Source of the DNA: a virus
DNA: 37,082 bases
Virus genome (UHGV): UHGV-0194485
Reading direction: 5' to 3' (one strand)
Numbering within the stretch: the stretch's first letter is position 1; each line of letters opens with the position of its first letter. The notes beneath the pieces were generated by a model. It worked only from the letters and a program-made list of their open reading frames with translations, was not told the DNA's origin and made no database searches. A program made the position numbers and the translations under genes. Shown one piece after another: positions 1-9,350 of the stretch.

Positions 1-7
1 ATCAGAG

Positions 8-298
8 TCATTCGTCATCCTCCCGGGTCAGATCGTCTGCCATGCACCTGCACTGCTTGGCCAGTTCCTTACGGTCGGGGTAGTTGTCGGAGCAGACCGT
101 CCACTGGATCGCGTACAGCAGCTGGTCCATCGAGACCTCCAGCTCCGCTCTGGCCGTCGGCGTCAGATCCCCGAGGGCATTCGTTGCCATCCTCAACAGG
201 TGCAGTGCGATCCATTGCAACTCGGGCAGACGTTCGATGTCGGGGTTCTCGATCATCTCGTCGATGATGTCGGACTGATTCTCGGTCAGAACCTTCAT
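8..298 (-). CDS. hypothetical protein
   Basis: 96-aa ORF with ATGA overlaps on both sides and a GGAGG-type RBS. Confidence 0.7.
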   Translation of the reverse strand: MKVLTENQSDIIDEMIENPDIERLPELQWIALHLLRMATNALGDLTPTARAELEVSMDQLLYAIQWTVCSDNYPDRKELAKQCRCMADDLTREDDE

Positions 299-627
299 TC
301 GTCCTCCTCCTCGTCATCATCGTCATCGCTTCCGATGACCCCTGCCTCCTCCTGCTCCTCCTCGGTGTCGCCGTCCCACCATCCGACAAGCGTCACGCCA
401 TGTGCGAGGTTCGCCTTGAAGCCCGGGCCGTAGACGTAACGACCGGCGACCTTGTCCACATAGATGGCCTCGACCTCCATCTCGACACGGGTGTCGAACG
501 TGCTGGATATCACTATCCACCTGTCGGTATCGTGATAGAACCCGAAGGACACCCAATCCCTATACAGGAGCTGGAAGCTGACCTTGTCCGCGATCCTCCC
601 GATGATGCGGTCGGCGAGTCTGGTCAT
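295..627 (-). CDS. hypothetical protein with acidic C-terminal tail
   Basis: Start ATG 627 overlaps the upstream TGA. Ends in DDDDDEEEDE. Confidence 0.7.
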   Translation of the reverse strand: MTRLADRIIGRIADKVSFQLLYRDWVSFGFYHDTDRWIVISSTFDTRVEMEVEAIYVDKVAGRYVYGPGFKANLAHGVTLVGWWDGDTEEEQEEAGVIGSDDDDDEEEDE

Positions 628-998
628 CGGACCATCCTCCATCTGGCCGTGAAATGGTCATCGCACAACTCGACGATGTGGCCGTTGGCCTTCGGTCCGA
701 GCCTGTCGGTCGGCTCTCCTGCGATGATCCTCCCCTTGTCGTTCATCCAATAGTTGAACTCCGGCGCGATCTCGCACTGGCAAATCCTCCCCTCGCGCAT
801 GCACGCCAGGGCGCCCTCGAAGGACAGCTCCCAATCGTCCTTGATCTCGGCGCCGGCGAAGAAGCTGCTGTCCCGCCACGACTCTATGTACCTCACCAGC
901 AATTCACCCCCGGGATCCAGGACGTAATCCGCACTCCCGCAGGTGATGACCTTTCCCTGGAGCAGTGCGCGCATCGCCTCCTTCTGCGTCAGGGTCAT
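624..998 (-). CDS. hypothetical protein, weak DUF2829/Tad2-like pattern
   Basis: Starts MTLTQKEAM. Contains LSFEGALACMREG and ends in DHFTARWRMVR. Confidence 0.6.
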   Translation of the reverse strand: MTLTQKEAMRALLQGKVITCGSADYVLDPGGELLVRYIESWRDSSFFAGAEIKDDWELSFEGALACMREGRICQCEIAPEFNYWMNDKGRIIAGEPTDRLGPKANGHIVELCDDHFTARWRMVR

Positions 999-1146
999 TC
1001 CTTGCCCCTCCCGAACGCTTTGACGAGATCGGGCCATCCCATGCACTCGCATGTCCTCTTGTCCTCTCTCGCGTCTCCTGACGGCCCCTGCATGTGCAGG
1101 GCGGAGAATCTGCCGGCCATGAGGACGGAGATGGCGGATGGTGTCC

Positions 1147-1515
1147 TCATTCGCTCTCCTCCAGCTTCTCCTTATCCTCCGCGCGGATGTCGACCAGGAT
1201 CACCCTCGCGCACAGCACGTTCCTCGGCTTGACCAAGATGGACTCCCTGTCGTAGCCGTCCTTGATGGTGACGGGATCGTCCTGCTTGTCCTGCGGCACG
1301 TCCAGCTTCGCCAGGGCTTCATCGGCCCTGTATTTGGTCTGGTAGAACAGGGAGGTCCCGTCGTCGGGTCCTCCGGGGATGGTGATGTCGAGGCACCACA
1401 CCTTCCTGGACTGTTCCTCCGGCGTGGGCTTGGTGCATGCCTGGTCGAGGACCTTGTCGGACAATCTGCCGTCAGAGTTGCCGAGGGCAGCACGGATGGG
1501 ATCGAACAACCTCAT
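1147..1515 (-). CDS. hypothetical protein
   Basis: 122-aa ORF in the ATGA-coupled chain. Confidence 0.7.
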   Translation of the reverse strand: MRLFDPIRAALGNSDGRLSDKVLDQACTKPTPEEQSRKVWCLDITIPGGPDDGTSLFYQTKYRADEALAKLDVPQDKQDDPVTIKDGYDRESILVKPRNVLCARVILVDIRAEDKEKLEESE

Positions 1516-1769
1516 TCGCCCACCATCCTGATGACATAGACCGACTCTATATGCTCCGGATTGACCGCCACATCCGAGACCTCTGTTGTGAATGTGGGTG
1601 CGAGGACCGGGCTACCGAACATCAGCAATCTCTCTTTCCACCGTATAGCGTTACGAATTGCGCTCGCGGTCTCCTGCGCTTCCTCCATGCTCTTGCAGGG
1701 GATCACCCAATCATCTCTGCTCACCATGATGATCCGGACGGCGAACTCCAGTGTCTTTTCCGGCGTCAT
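1512..1769 (-). CDS. hypothetical protein
   Basis: Starts MTPEKTLEF at ATG 1769, overlapping the upstream stop. Confidence 0.65.
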   Translation of the reverse strand: MTPEKTLEFAVRIIMVSRDDWVIPCKSMEEAQETASAIRNAIRWKERLLMFGSPVLAPTFTTEVSDVAVNPEHIESVYVIRMVGE

Positions 1770-2209
1770 TCTCCCATCCTCCTGTTCGCCTTCTCCTTGA
1801 ATCCGTCCACCCATCCCGCGTCGGGGAAGTCGATGTCCCACGGATCGATCATCATGCAGAATCCGCAGTTGCAGGTCACGATGATGGCCTCGACAGCCGA
1901 CAATGCCTCTGCGTAGATCTCGGGCGCCTGACGGCGGTCCGCCTCGGACATGTGCACCCAATCCTCGGGGGCGGCGATGTTGCTCGGGTCTCTGGCATGC
2001 TCGAAGTCGTGCATCGTCTCAAGGTCCTCTATGTACTCGCCTTCGCAATCGCAGAAATGGATGTTGTTCATGGTGAGCCTGCGTCCGCATATCGGGCAGG
2101 GCCTGAATCCGTCAGGGCCTTTGTGCATCGTCTTCTCCCACTTCTCCGCCTTCGCTTGGAGTCCGGCGTAGTGGCAGTCCCGAGCCTCGTCTTCACTGAA
2201 TATGCCCAT
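1766..2209 (-). CDS. Zn-finger protein, Lar (restriction alleviation)-like
   Basis: FRPCPICG...VTCNCG...KANRR resembles the Lar pattern LKPCPFCG...C..CG...WNRR. Confidence 0.55.
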   Translation of the reverse strand: MGIFSEDEARDCHYAGLQAKAEKWEKTMHKGPDGFRPCPICGRRLTMNNIHFCDCEGEYIEDLETMHDFEHARDPSNIAAPEDWVHMSEADRRQAPEIYAEALSAVEAIIVTCNCGFCMMIDPWDIDFPDAGWVDGFKEKANRRMGE

Positions 2210-2452
2210 TCAGTCCACCTCCTCCCAATCATCTGCGGTCATGTCGCCTACGTTGAGTATCCTCACAAACGCGTCCTCATAGGCAGGATACTTGGTGTCG
2301 ATGATGGCTGCCGGTCCCATGTCGGACATGTCCAGCACGGCATCGCGCCATTTGACCCATCCTCTGCGCCTGAACTGATGGTATTCCGCACCATGCCTCA
2401 CACGGTAGAGGACCCACTCGAACGTCCCGATCTTCGGAATGTCCTCCGTCAT
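2210..2452 (-). CDS. DUF2829/Tad2-like small protein
   Basis: GTFEWVL...RRRGW...GDMTADDWEEV matches the family's F..AL...R.GW...D..A.DW frame. Confidence 0.55.
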   Translation of the reverse strand: MTEDIPKIGTFEWVLYRVRHGAEYHQFRRRGWVKWRDAVLDMSDMGPAAIIDTKYPAYEDAFVRILNVGDMTADDWEEVD

Positions 2453-3174
2453 TCCTCGTCCTCCATCTGCTTGTAGTACGGGCATCTTCCCTCGTTGCAC
2501 ATCTCGCAGTCCTCGTCGGTCATGGCATTCTCCATTTCGCACTCGAAATCGAGATATCCCGGGCCGTCGAAGTCCACCTTGACCTCTCCGACGAAGGCGT
2601 GTGCGCAGTCGCCGCACTGGTCGGTCACTCGCATCCCTCCATGATCTCCTTCCCGCTCCTCTGATCCGCCGGCACTCCGGCGTAGTCGTAGATGGCGTTG
2701 GCCCACTCCATCACGGTCCCCATCTCCTCGTCGTCAAGGAGTTCCATGGCGTAGGACATCATCCTGTCCGCCAGATCTATCAACGCATCAGTAGTCATCG
2801 TATGTCATCTCCCTCATTGCTTCGCTCACTGCTTCCATGGTTTTGATGTAGAGTTTCATCGGGACCCCCGCGGGGAGGTCCTTGATGCAGACGACCTCCC
2901 CGAGGGCGGTCATCGCTCCGAGCCTGACCGCGTCCATGAGCGCGGCCTTCTCCTGTCTTGTGATCTCGGTCATTCAATCCCTCGCGTATGACGAGCATCC
3001 GTCGCATGTGCGGTCGTAGGCGACGCCTCCCATGAGTCTGCATGTCCCCATGACGAAGACCTCGCCTCCTGCCATCAGTCCGCTGTCGATGTCGGTCTTG
3101 AGCCATCTGCAGCGCTTCCCGTCCGGGAAGACCCTGTCGATGTCTCCGACCGTGTCCATGTCCATCTGTCTCAC
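2449..3174 (-). CDS. four small hypothetical genes (2449-2628 Cys-rich; 2625-2798; 2788-2973; 2974-3174 Cys-rich)
   Basis: Overlapping or abutting ORFs. 2625-2798 (MTTDALIDLADRMM..., 57 aa) was read by hand and is below the ORF-track cutoff. Confidence 0.55.
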
Positions 3175-3380
3175 TCTATCGCCCTCCATGTGGCGAGCCA
3201 TGTGGTGCATCCGGGCTTCCGGACCGGCTCGCCGTCTTCGACGTAGTGGTATTTTGCCAGCTGTTTCAGCGACCTGCGGACGTAGGTCGGACTGCATCCG
3301 GTGTCGTCGCAGATCTGCGTGACCGTCATCGGTCCGTGCTTGCGGAGGGAGGCCAGGACGACCTCCTGGGATTGGATCAT
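3171..3380 (-). CDS. winged-helix DNA-binding protein
   Basis: VLASLRKHGPMTVTQICDDTGCSPTYVRRSLKQLAKYHYV is an MarR/ArsR-like wHTH pattern. Confidence 0.75.
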   Translation of the reverse strand: MIQSQEVVLASLRKHGPMTVTQICDDTGCSPTYVRRSLKQLAKYHYVEDGEPVRKPGCTTWLATWRAIE

Positions 3381-3408
3381 GCGAACGCCTCCAATATCGC
3401 TGTCATCA

Positions 3409-3630
3409 TCAGCGCACCTCCCAACGGCGTGTGCCTTTGGAGTCAACGGAGCGGGTCACATGACCCTCCTCGTACAGTCTCCGGAGCATGCTCCCGATCG
3501 TGTTCGGACCGGTCACCCACCTGTCGCCGAGGGCGTCCAGCACCTCCGATGCGGTGGACGGACGTCCGAGCGTCTTGAGGGCGTCGTAGACCATGCCGGC
3601 ACGACTGCCCGTGAGGATGGTCCCGGTCAA
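3409..3630 (-). CDS. winged-helix DNA-binding protein
   Basis: VYDALKTLGRPSTASEVLDAL...IGSMLRRLYEEGHV. TTG start overlaps the upstream stop. Confidence 0.7.
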   Translation of the reverse strand: MTGTILTGSRAGMVYDALKTLGRPSTASEVLDALGDRWVTGPNTIGSMLRRLYEEGHVTRSVDSKGTRRWEVR

Positions 3631-4141
3631 TCGACCGCCTCCCAGATCTGGACCCATCTCTGGGCGAGGCCCTTGCCGTAGGCGGGGTTGGCGCGGTAAC
3701 CGACCATGCGGATGCTCCCCTGACTCTTGAGGACGGAGATCGCGTTGGCGACCCTCCACGGCGGGAGTCCGGTCCTGCGGGCGATCTCGACGATGGTCGC
3801 GCGTCCGAGGTCGCAGATGACGCAGTAGACTCTCGACACGGACATCGCTCCCCCTCCATGCGGACGTATTGCGAGCAGCTGCGGAAATCGCACAGGTCCT
3901 CGTCGGTGATGTCTTTCGATCCGCACTCGTAGACCATCTCGCCGTCGACGTAGGCGTGGGCGTATGTGGAGCATTGGCTCTCGATGCGGATGTCCTGGAG
4001 GCGCCACCCGTCCGTCAGTCCGGCGCGGATGCGCCCGATCAGCGACACGACGCTCCTGCACCCGTCGATGGTCTCCCTGCGGGTCTCGGTGGCCGCGTTG
4101 ACCTTGTGCCGGCAGTAGGTCATGACGATCCTGTCCATCAT
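3443..4141 (-). CDS. hypothetical protein (only about 4141-3845 looks coding; 3' end uncertain)
   Basis: Starts MMDRIVMTYC at an ATGA overlap. The frame runs on over the next two genes with low-complexity shadow sequence. Confidence 0.4.
   Translation of the reverse strand: MMDRIVMTYCRHKVNAATETRRETIDGCRSVVSLIGRIRAGLTDGWRLQDIRIESQCSTYAHAYVDGEMVYECGSKDITDEDLCDFRSCSQYVRMEGERCPCRESTASSATSDARPSSRSPAGPDSRRGGSPTRSPSSRVRGASAWSVTAPTPPTARASPRDGSRSGRRSIDRDHPHGQSCRHGLRRPQDARTSVHRIGGAGRPRRQVGDRSEHDREHAPETVRGGSCDPLR
3627..3845 (-). CDS. winged-helix DNA-binding protein
   Basis: GRATIVEIARRTGLPPWRVANAISVLKSQGSI. Confidence 0.72.
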   Translation of the reverse strand: MSVSRVYCVICDLGRATIVEIARRTGLPPWRVANAISVLKSQGSIRMVGYRANPAYGKGLAQRWVQIWEAVD

Positions 4142-4326
4142 GATCGGTCCTCCCTCGGGATCAGGTCCTGCGACTCCAGCCACACGTTGAGCGTCAGGAT
4201 GGCGTTCTGGACCTCCTGGAGCCTTCCGTCGAGTTCGGGCTTGGCTCCGAACCTCGCGTCGGCGATGGCTCTCGCGAGGGCCTTTCCGCGGGCGCGGACG
4301 ACACACAGCTTCTCCGTTTGGTCCAT
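4138..4326 (-). CDS. hypothetical protein
   Basis: 62-aa helical ORF with coupled start and stop. Confidence 0.6.
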   Translation of the reverse strand: MDQTEKLCVVRARGKALARAIADARFGAKPELDGRLQEVQNAILTLNVWLESQDLIPREDRS

Positions 4327-4562
4327 CAGGCGTCACCGTCCAGCTGCTTGAGCATGGCCTTGGCCTTGGTGCCGGAGATCCATCCCTTCCCGCATGTGCC
4401 GGGTGCGATGGCGAGTTCCTTCGACGCCACCATCTTGAGCATTAGGGACGATGCGATGGAGCGGTCGATGCCGAGGTGGTCCATGATCTCCTGCTGTGTG
4501 TGCGCGGTCTCGCAGTAGGATAGAATGCGGTCCTTCAGCTGGGTGACGGTCGCCTCGGTCAC
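4326..4562 (-). CDS. winged-helix DNA-binding protein
   Basis: RILSYCETAHTQQEIMDHLGIDRSIASSLMLKMV. Confidence 0.7.
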   Translation of the reverse strand: MTEATVTQLKDRILSYCETAHTQQEIMDHLGIDRSIASSLMLKMVASKELAIAPGTCGKGWISGTKAKAMLKQLDGDA

Positions 4563-4771
4563 TCTATCGCCTCCCAGACACGGGTGGGCTTGGAGGTCTT
4601 GGGGGCTTTCCTGATCTCCTTGACGCGGACCCTGCCGGCTTCGACGAGGATGTGGATCGTATTGAGGATGGAGTTGTAGTTGGACCGAGGGATGCGGTCG
4701 ACCATCTCGCTGACGGTGGCCGGTCCCTCGGCGAGGGCGGCCATTACGAGCGGTTCATAGATCGCACTCAT
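4559..4771 (-). CDS. winged-helix DNA-binding protein
   Basis: VMAALAEGPATVSEMVDRIPRSNYNSILNTIHILVEAGRV. Confidence 0.75.
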   Translation of the reverse strand: MSAIYEPLVMAALAEGPATVSEMVDRIPRSNYNSILNTIHILVEAGRVRVKEIRKAPKTSKPTRVWEAIE

Positions 4772-5364
4772 TCGACGGCCTCCGGCATGCGCTTGGCGAC
4801 CCACTCGCGGATAATCCCTGCCTCACTCTCACTGCGAAGCGGCAGGAGGGGGGCCAGCTGCCGCGTGAGGTTCTGATAGTCCTTAGCGTGTGCTTCCTCG
4901 GTATCCAGCATCCCTACCAGCCACTGCTTTGCGATGGTGGCGGAGTAGAAATCCTCGGTCCACGCATCTCCGGTAGAGTTGTCGACAGCCACGCAAAACG
5001 GGATGACGATGGTCGTCCCCGGGATCTGGACGATATCTTGGGTGATGTATAGGCCGAGCGGCACGTAGTGCGGACCGCTGTCGAGGATGGCATCGCATTC
5101 TTCGGATGTGATGTACGAGATCTTATGGCCGCGATATTGGACCTCATTCCACGGAACGATCTTCGGGATGGCTTTCCATACCGTGGCGTATGCGTAGTTA
5201 GTGTGCTTCTCGAAGCGTGCGATCCTCACCTCTCCGCTCTCTTTGAGCACGTATATGGCCTTACGGACGCCGCTCTCGCTCGCGCGGGGGATGCGATCCA
5301 TGATCTGCTTGACGCTCCCGGGACCCTGCTTGAGGGCCTCGCGGACGTCCTCCTCGTAAGTCAT
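4768..5364 (-). CDS. N-terminal winged-helix protein with additional C-terminal domain
   Basis: VREALKQGPGSVKQIMDRIPRASESGVRKAIYVLKESGEV is paralogous to 4559-4771. Confidence 0.7.
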   Translation of the reverse strand: MTYEEDVREALKQGPGSVKQIMDRIPRASESGVRKAIYVLKESGEVRIARFEKHTNYAYATVWKAIPKIVPWNEVQYRGHKISYITSEECDAILDSGPHYVPLGLYITQDIVQIPGTTIVIPFCVAVDNSTGDAWTEDFYSATIAKQWLVGMLDTEEAHAKDYQNLTRQLAPLLPLRSESEAGIIREWVAKRMPEAVE

Positions 5365-5952
5365 TCCGCTCCCTCCTGCCATGATGCGATCAGGTCGCAG
5401 GGGCAGTGCTTCGGGACCATCTCCGCATCCTCGGTGACCATCTCGCACGCTCCGCCGTCGTCGTGACAGCGGTTGCATGTCCAGACGTGGATCCTCATGG
5501 ACGGTCCTCCGGTGTCGCACCGCAGAACGGGCAGCTGCGGATCATCATGCCCTTGCGGGGATTGTCGGTCATGCGGAGCATCAGCTGGCCCTTGGTGCCA
5601 GTGTAGACCTGTCCGCGCAGGACGCAGATGTCCATGTCGCGGCAACATGCGGCGATGCCGGTCTTGGTGACGGCCAGACGGCCGTCGTAGGTGGCGGTCA
5701 TAGGTTATGCCCCCACTGGTTGGCGGTCGGCTCCCCGTCGCCGAGCCAGACGGTCTTGAGCGGTGCCACGACTCCGGACGAGGAGACGATGGAGATCTTG
5801 CACCATGCCTCGGGCTTGATGCCCTGGCGGTCGCACTCGGCGAGGATGTCCGGCATGCGGTCCTCGATGCGCTGCTGGTCGCTGGCGACCTTGATCTTGA
5901 TCGACTCGGCGCCGTAGGGCGTGACGAGGTAGCGTGCGGTCTTGGACATCAT
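5361..5952 (-). CDS. three small genes (5361-5498 Cys-rich; 5495-5701 with CPFCG; 5698-5952)
   Basis: ATGA-coupled ORFs; the first two carry CxxC motifs. Confidence 0.55.
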
Positions 5953-6173
5953 TCGGTGTCCCTCCTGATAAGGCGCCTCGGACGGCAGTTGCCGGACGTG
6001 GCGATGTTGACGATGTAGCCGCGGACCTGCAGGTAGTCGCATGCGCTCTTGACGCGCCTGTGGGTGATGCCTGTGGCATCCGCGATCTCCTGCGTGGTCT
6101 TCCCGGGGTACATCGTGATATGATCGAGGACACGGTACCTGATGCTGGTCTTGTCGCGCTCGAATGGGGTCAT
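5949..6173 (-). CDS. winged-helix DNA-binding protein
   Basis: VLDHITMYPGKTTQEIADATGITHRRVKSACDYLQVRGYI. Confidence 0.78.
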   Translation of the reverse strand: MTPFERDKTSIRYRVLDHITMYPGKTTQEIADATGITHRRVKSACDYLQVRGYIVNIATSGNCRPRRLIRRDTE

Positions 6174-6964
6174 GCCTTGTACCTCCTGATCGCTGACTTG
6201 ATGTCGCCCATCCGGAGGAAATGCTCGTAAGCGCGGTTCATCTCCTCCCCTTCGCGAGCCTTGGATCTGGCACGAGCAGCCTCGATGATCTTTCTGTCGA
6301 GGTCATTCATTCGTACTCCTCCAGCGGCTTCCAGTCGGTCGCGTCGATGAAATCGCCCCTTGCGGCGCATGCGGGCGCGAACTCGTCCGTGTAGCTGCCG
6401 TCCTCCTGGGCGTCGTGGAGGCATCTCTGCCAGCCGAAGGCGTGGCGCGTGGTCCACATGACCATCAGGCTCCCTCCCTCGTGACCCATGCGGTGACGAT
6501 GCCTTCCTCCGAGGTGGTGCCGAGGATCGTCCATCCGAACTGCCTCAATTTGTCCACCTCGGCGAGGAACTCGGCGTGGTCGTCGGTCTTCCCATAGGTC
6601 TCCGCGAACGGCTTGGTGACGACCGAGTTCCACACGGCGACGATTTCGTACCTCATGCGTACTCCCTCCTGCGGAGCCAGGCATCGCGTTCCTTTCTGGC
6701 CGCGTCCCTGCGCATGGCTTCGATGCGGGCTTCCTCGGCCTCGATCTCCGCCTTGTACTCCTCGGAGTACTCGGTGTCGACGATGGCCCTGCATCCGGGC
6801 ATGGAGCAACGGACGACCATGCCGATGGTGCGGTCGCCCTCCTTGAGGGCCTCCGCCTGGAGGTACATCCCACCGCATGCCGGGCATGCGTGGCTGATGA
6901 CGGTGCGTCCGCACACGGCGAGTCTGTCACCGAGATAATCGGCACCGACCTGGTCGGCGATCAC
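6170..6964 (-). CDS. four small genes (6170-6310; 6307-6465; 6465-6656; 6653-6964 Zn-ribbon)
   Basis: Coupled start/stop overlaps with GGAG RBSs. The last has CPACGG...CSMPGC. Confidence 0.55.
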
Positions 6965-7638
6965 TGCGACCCCTCCCTTGCCTTGAGGCACTCGTCGTAG
7001 CACGCCTTGACGGTGTCCTCGGACCAGCTATCCATGATGCCGTGCTTGGACGCGTAGTCTGTGACGATGGCGGCGCATGCGGGTGTCGCGCTGGATCCGA
7101 ACGCCCAATCGGTCATGTTCTCGATCAGGATCCTGCGCTGCTTGTCCTTGGGGTTGGGCGCGGCCTTCCTCGGGGTCTTCGCGTTGATCCTGTCGGTTTC
7201 CTCGTAGAACTCCTCGTTGGTGTAGGAGTCGATGTCGTCGCGAGCCAACGCGCCGATGTCGAACGCAGCCTTGTAAAAATTCTTGATCAGATTGGTTACG
7301 ACCTTGCCGGTCCCCTTGTCGCCGTTGTCCATGGCCTCGCCGAGGGTCTCGTACTCGATGACCTCCGAGGGGTTGTCGGCGTTGATGATCCTGAACTTCG
7401 CGGACGCGTAGAAATGGACAGTCTTCTCGCCGGGGTTCTGGATCCTGTCGAGGTCGATATCGCAGGGTCCGACGTGGATGATGCCGGCCTCGACGCATGC
7501 TGACCTCACCCTTGCGCGCATGGTGTCGATGGTGATGGACTTGTAGGCCGAGTTGGACAGATCCTGCTCCCATGCCTGGGACCCGAGGATCTCGCACGCC
7601 TTGACGATGCGCTGACAGACGTTGAGGGTGTCGCTCAC
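6961..7638 (-). CDS. ERF-family ssDNA annealing protein (recombinase)
   Basis: GTG 7638. YKSITID...FRIINADNPSEVIE...GEAMDNGDKGTGK...FDI...DDID is an ERF-like motif set. Confidence 0.75.
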   Translation of the reverse strand: MSDTLNVCQRIVKACEILGSQAWEQDLSNSAYKSITIDTMRARVRSACVEAGIIHVGPCDIDLDRIQNPGEKTVHFYASAKFRIINADNPSEVIEYETLGEAMDNGDKGTGKVVTNLIKNFYKAAFDIGALARDDIDSYTNEEFYEETDRINAKTPRKAAPNPKDKQRRILIENMTDWAFGSSATPACAAIVTDYASKHGIMDSWSEDTVKACYDECLKAREGSQ

Positions 7639-7976
7639 TGCGATCCCTCCTTGGTCTCGGGTATGTGTGTGTATATGTGTGGTATGTGTGTGCGCACCAA
7701 TGCAGGGTGTCCCTCTGCGATGAGGGCGCCCTTGATGGCGGTCACATCGAGGATGAGGACGTTGTCCGCATAGGGCGACGGCCTCGCGTATAGCGATGCC
7801 CCGAGTGTCTTCCACATCCTGTCGAGTACGGGCTTCGACACGATGGTGTCCGAAGTCGTCATGATCCTCGTGTAAACCGCACGATTGAGCGTGCGGTCCG
7901 CTTCCCTCGGATCTATCTCCAATCCGGCCCACAACGCAGGGAGTACGTCGTGAGTCAGCGTCTTTTTTGCTGGCAT
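7635..7976 (-). CDS. hypothetical protein, first gene of the long small-gene operon
   Basis: 113-aa ORF with RBS GAGGTTG. Confidence 0.6.
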   Translation of the reverse strand: MPAKKTLTHDVLPALWAGLEIDPREADRTLNRAVYTRIMTTSDTIVSKPVLDRMWKTLGASLYARPSPYADNVLILDVTAIKGALIAEGHPALVRTHIPHIYTHIPETKEGSQ

Positions 7977-8137
7977 TTTTCAACCTCTCTTTCAGGCAAA
8001 AAACGCACTTTTTCGACGGATTTTCGATTAGGAAGGATTACACATGTAATACCTCCGTTTGAAAAATGACGTCGAATCGCTTGGATTTTGCCTATATTCC
8101 TAATCGTTCTTCTGATATTTATAAGGCACGATGCGGT

Positions 8138-9034
8138 TTATTCCGCCCTGATCGTGCCTCTCATGATCGCAGATAAACCGTCCTGCGCGGCGTGCATCTT
8201 GCTCGGATCTGCGTGGACGTAGCACCGGAGCGTCGTCGTGATGTCGCTGTGGCGCATCAGACGGCGGACGGTGTCCAGGTCGGCCTCGACGATGTTGACG
8301 AGCGTTGAAGCGTACAGTCTGCGGAGCGCATGGGTTGTGACCTTGATTCCGACGCGCTCGCCGAGGGCGTCCATCCACATGTAGATCCTGTTGGGAACGA
8401 CTCCCGTCCATCTCCCGGCCCTCTGGACTTGGACCAGCTTCGCGTCGGATCTCGGACCGTTGCCTTTCCATCTCCGGTATGCCATGATCTCGTCGGCGAC
8501 CATCGGAGGGATGTCCATTATCTGGACCAGTCCGTTCCCGTGGCCTTTGCCGCGGATCGTCATCTTATGCGCACGGAGGTCTATGTCGTCGTCCTCCAAT
8601 CCTGCGATCTCCGCTCTCCGGAGTCCCATCAATGCTCCGAGGACGAGGATCATCCTCTCGGTCGGCTCGGCTGCGTAATACAGTCTCCCGTAATCCTCGA
8701 CGGTCAACCACACGCGGTCCGGCTCGTAGCGGTTGCGGAGGATGTCCATCCTCTTGATCCAATGCGGGCATCCGAAAAAATCGGACATCCTCGACAGATA
8801 TCCGATCTCCCGGAATCTCACCTCGTCGCTTTTCGTCTCTCCGAGTTTGTCGTACAACCAATAGATGTCTTCCTCGGTGATCTCCTCGATCCTTGTCGGC
8901 CTTCCGTCCTCGGACAGCGTCCGGAGGAGTCTCGTGCAGACGCACCTCGTCTGTTTGAGCGTGAGCGGCCTCCTTCCATGGAGGTCGAGATAATCAATGT
9001 ACTCGTACACTTGCGAGTAGTCGACTGTTGTCAT
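8138..9034 (-). CDS. int: tyrosine recombinase / integrase (XerC/D-like)
   Basis: Catalytic set GLRRAEI, RGKG, HALRR, RHSDITTTLRCY. Likely start ATG 9034 or 9040 after a GGGAGG RBS. Confidence 0.93.
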   Translation of the reverse strand: MTTVDYSQVYEYIDYLDLHGRRPLTLKQTRCVCTRLLRTLSEDGRPTRIEEITEEDIYWLYDKLGETKSDEVRFREIGYLSRMSDFFGCPHWIKRMDILRNRYEPDRVWLTVEDYGRLYYAAEPTERMILVLGALMGLRRAEIAGLEDDDIDLRAHKMTIRGKGHGNGLVQIMDIPPMVADEIMAYRRWKGNGPRSDAKLVQVQRAGRWTGVVPNRIYMWMDALGERVGIKVTTHALRRLYASTLVNIVEADLDTVRRLMRHSDITTTLRCYVHADPSKMHAAQDGLSAIMRGTIRAE

Positions 9035-9262
9035 GTGCATCTCTTTCCTCCCATCCCTTGGGGTTTTTCCGACGCACACACACATATCACACATACATAT
9101 CGCGATTTTAAGCATCCGCTTATATATCGGCAGTGATGTAGAGATATACGGTGCAAATCGGGGTTCGGTCCTCGGGGGCGTCCGGTTGGATTTTGCCGTC
9201 TTTTTCGGGCGCCCGCACCCATGCACTCGGCATGTCAAATCTCTCTCGATCCCTGGTGGGAT

Positions 9263-9292
9263 CCCGGGGCCTGACTGGGGAGTAAGGCCCCG
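9263..9292. terminator. GC-rich hairpin downstream of the GNAT gene
   Basis: CCGGGGCCT-12 nt-AGGCCCCGG. Confidence 0.5.
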
Positions 9293-9350
9293 GTGTTCGT
9301 TTCATCTTGTGTATCTATGATTCTTCGACATCGGCTTAAAGCCATCGCCT

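Noticed and set aside
9236..9253. TCAAATCTCTCTCGATCC as a tRNA 3'-half attP core
   Set aside because: It resembles a T-loop plus stem only loosely, with no pairing 5' arm or CCA. A host comparison is needed. attP plausibly lies in 9130-9300, but I cannot place it.
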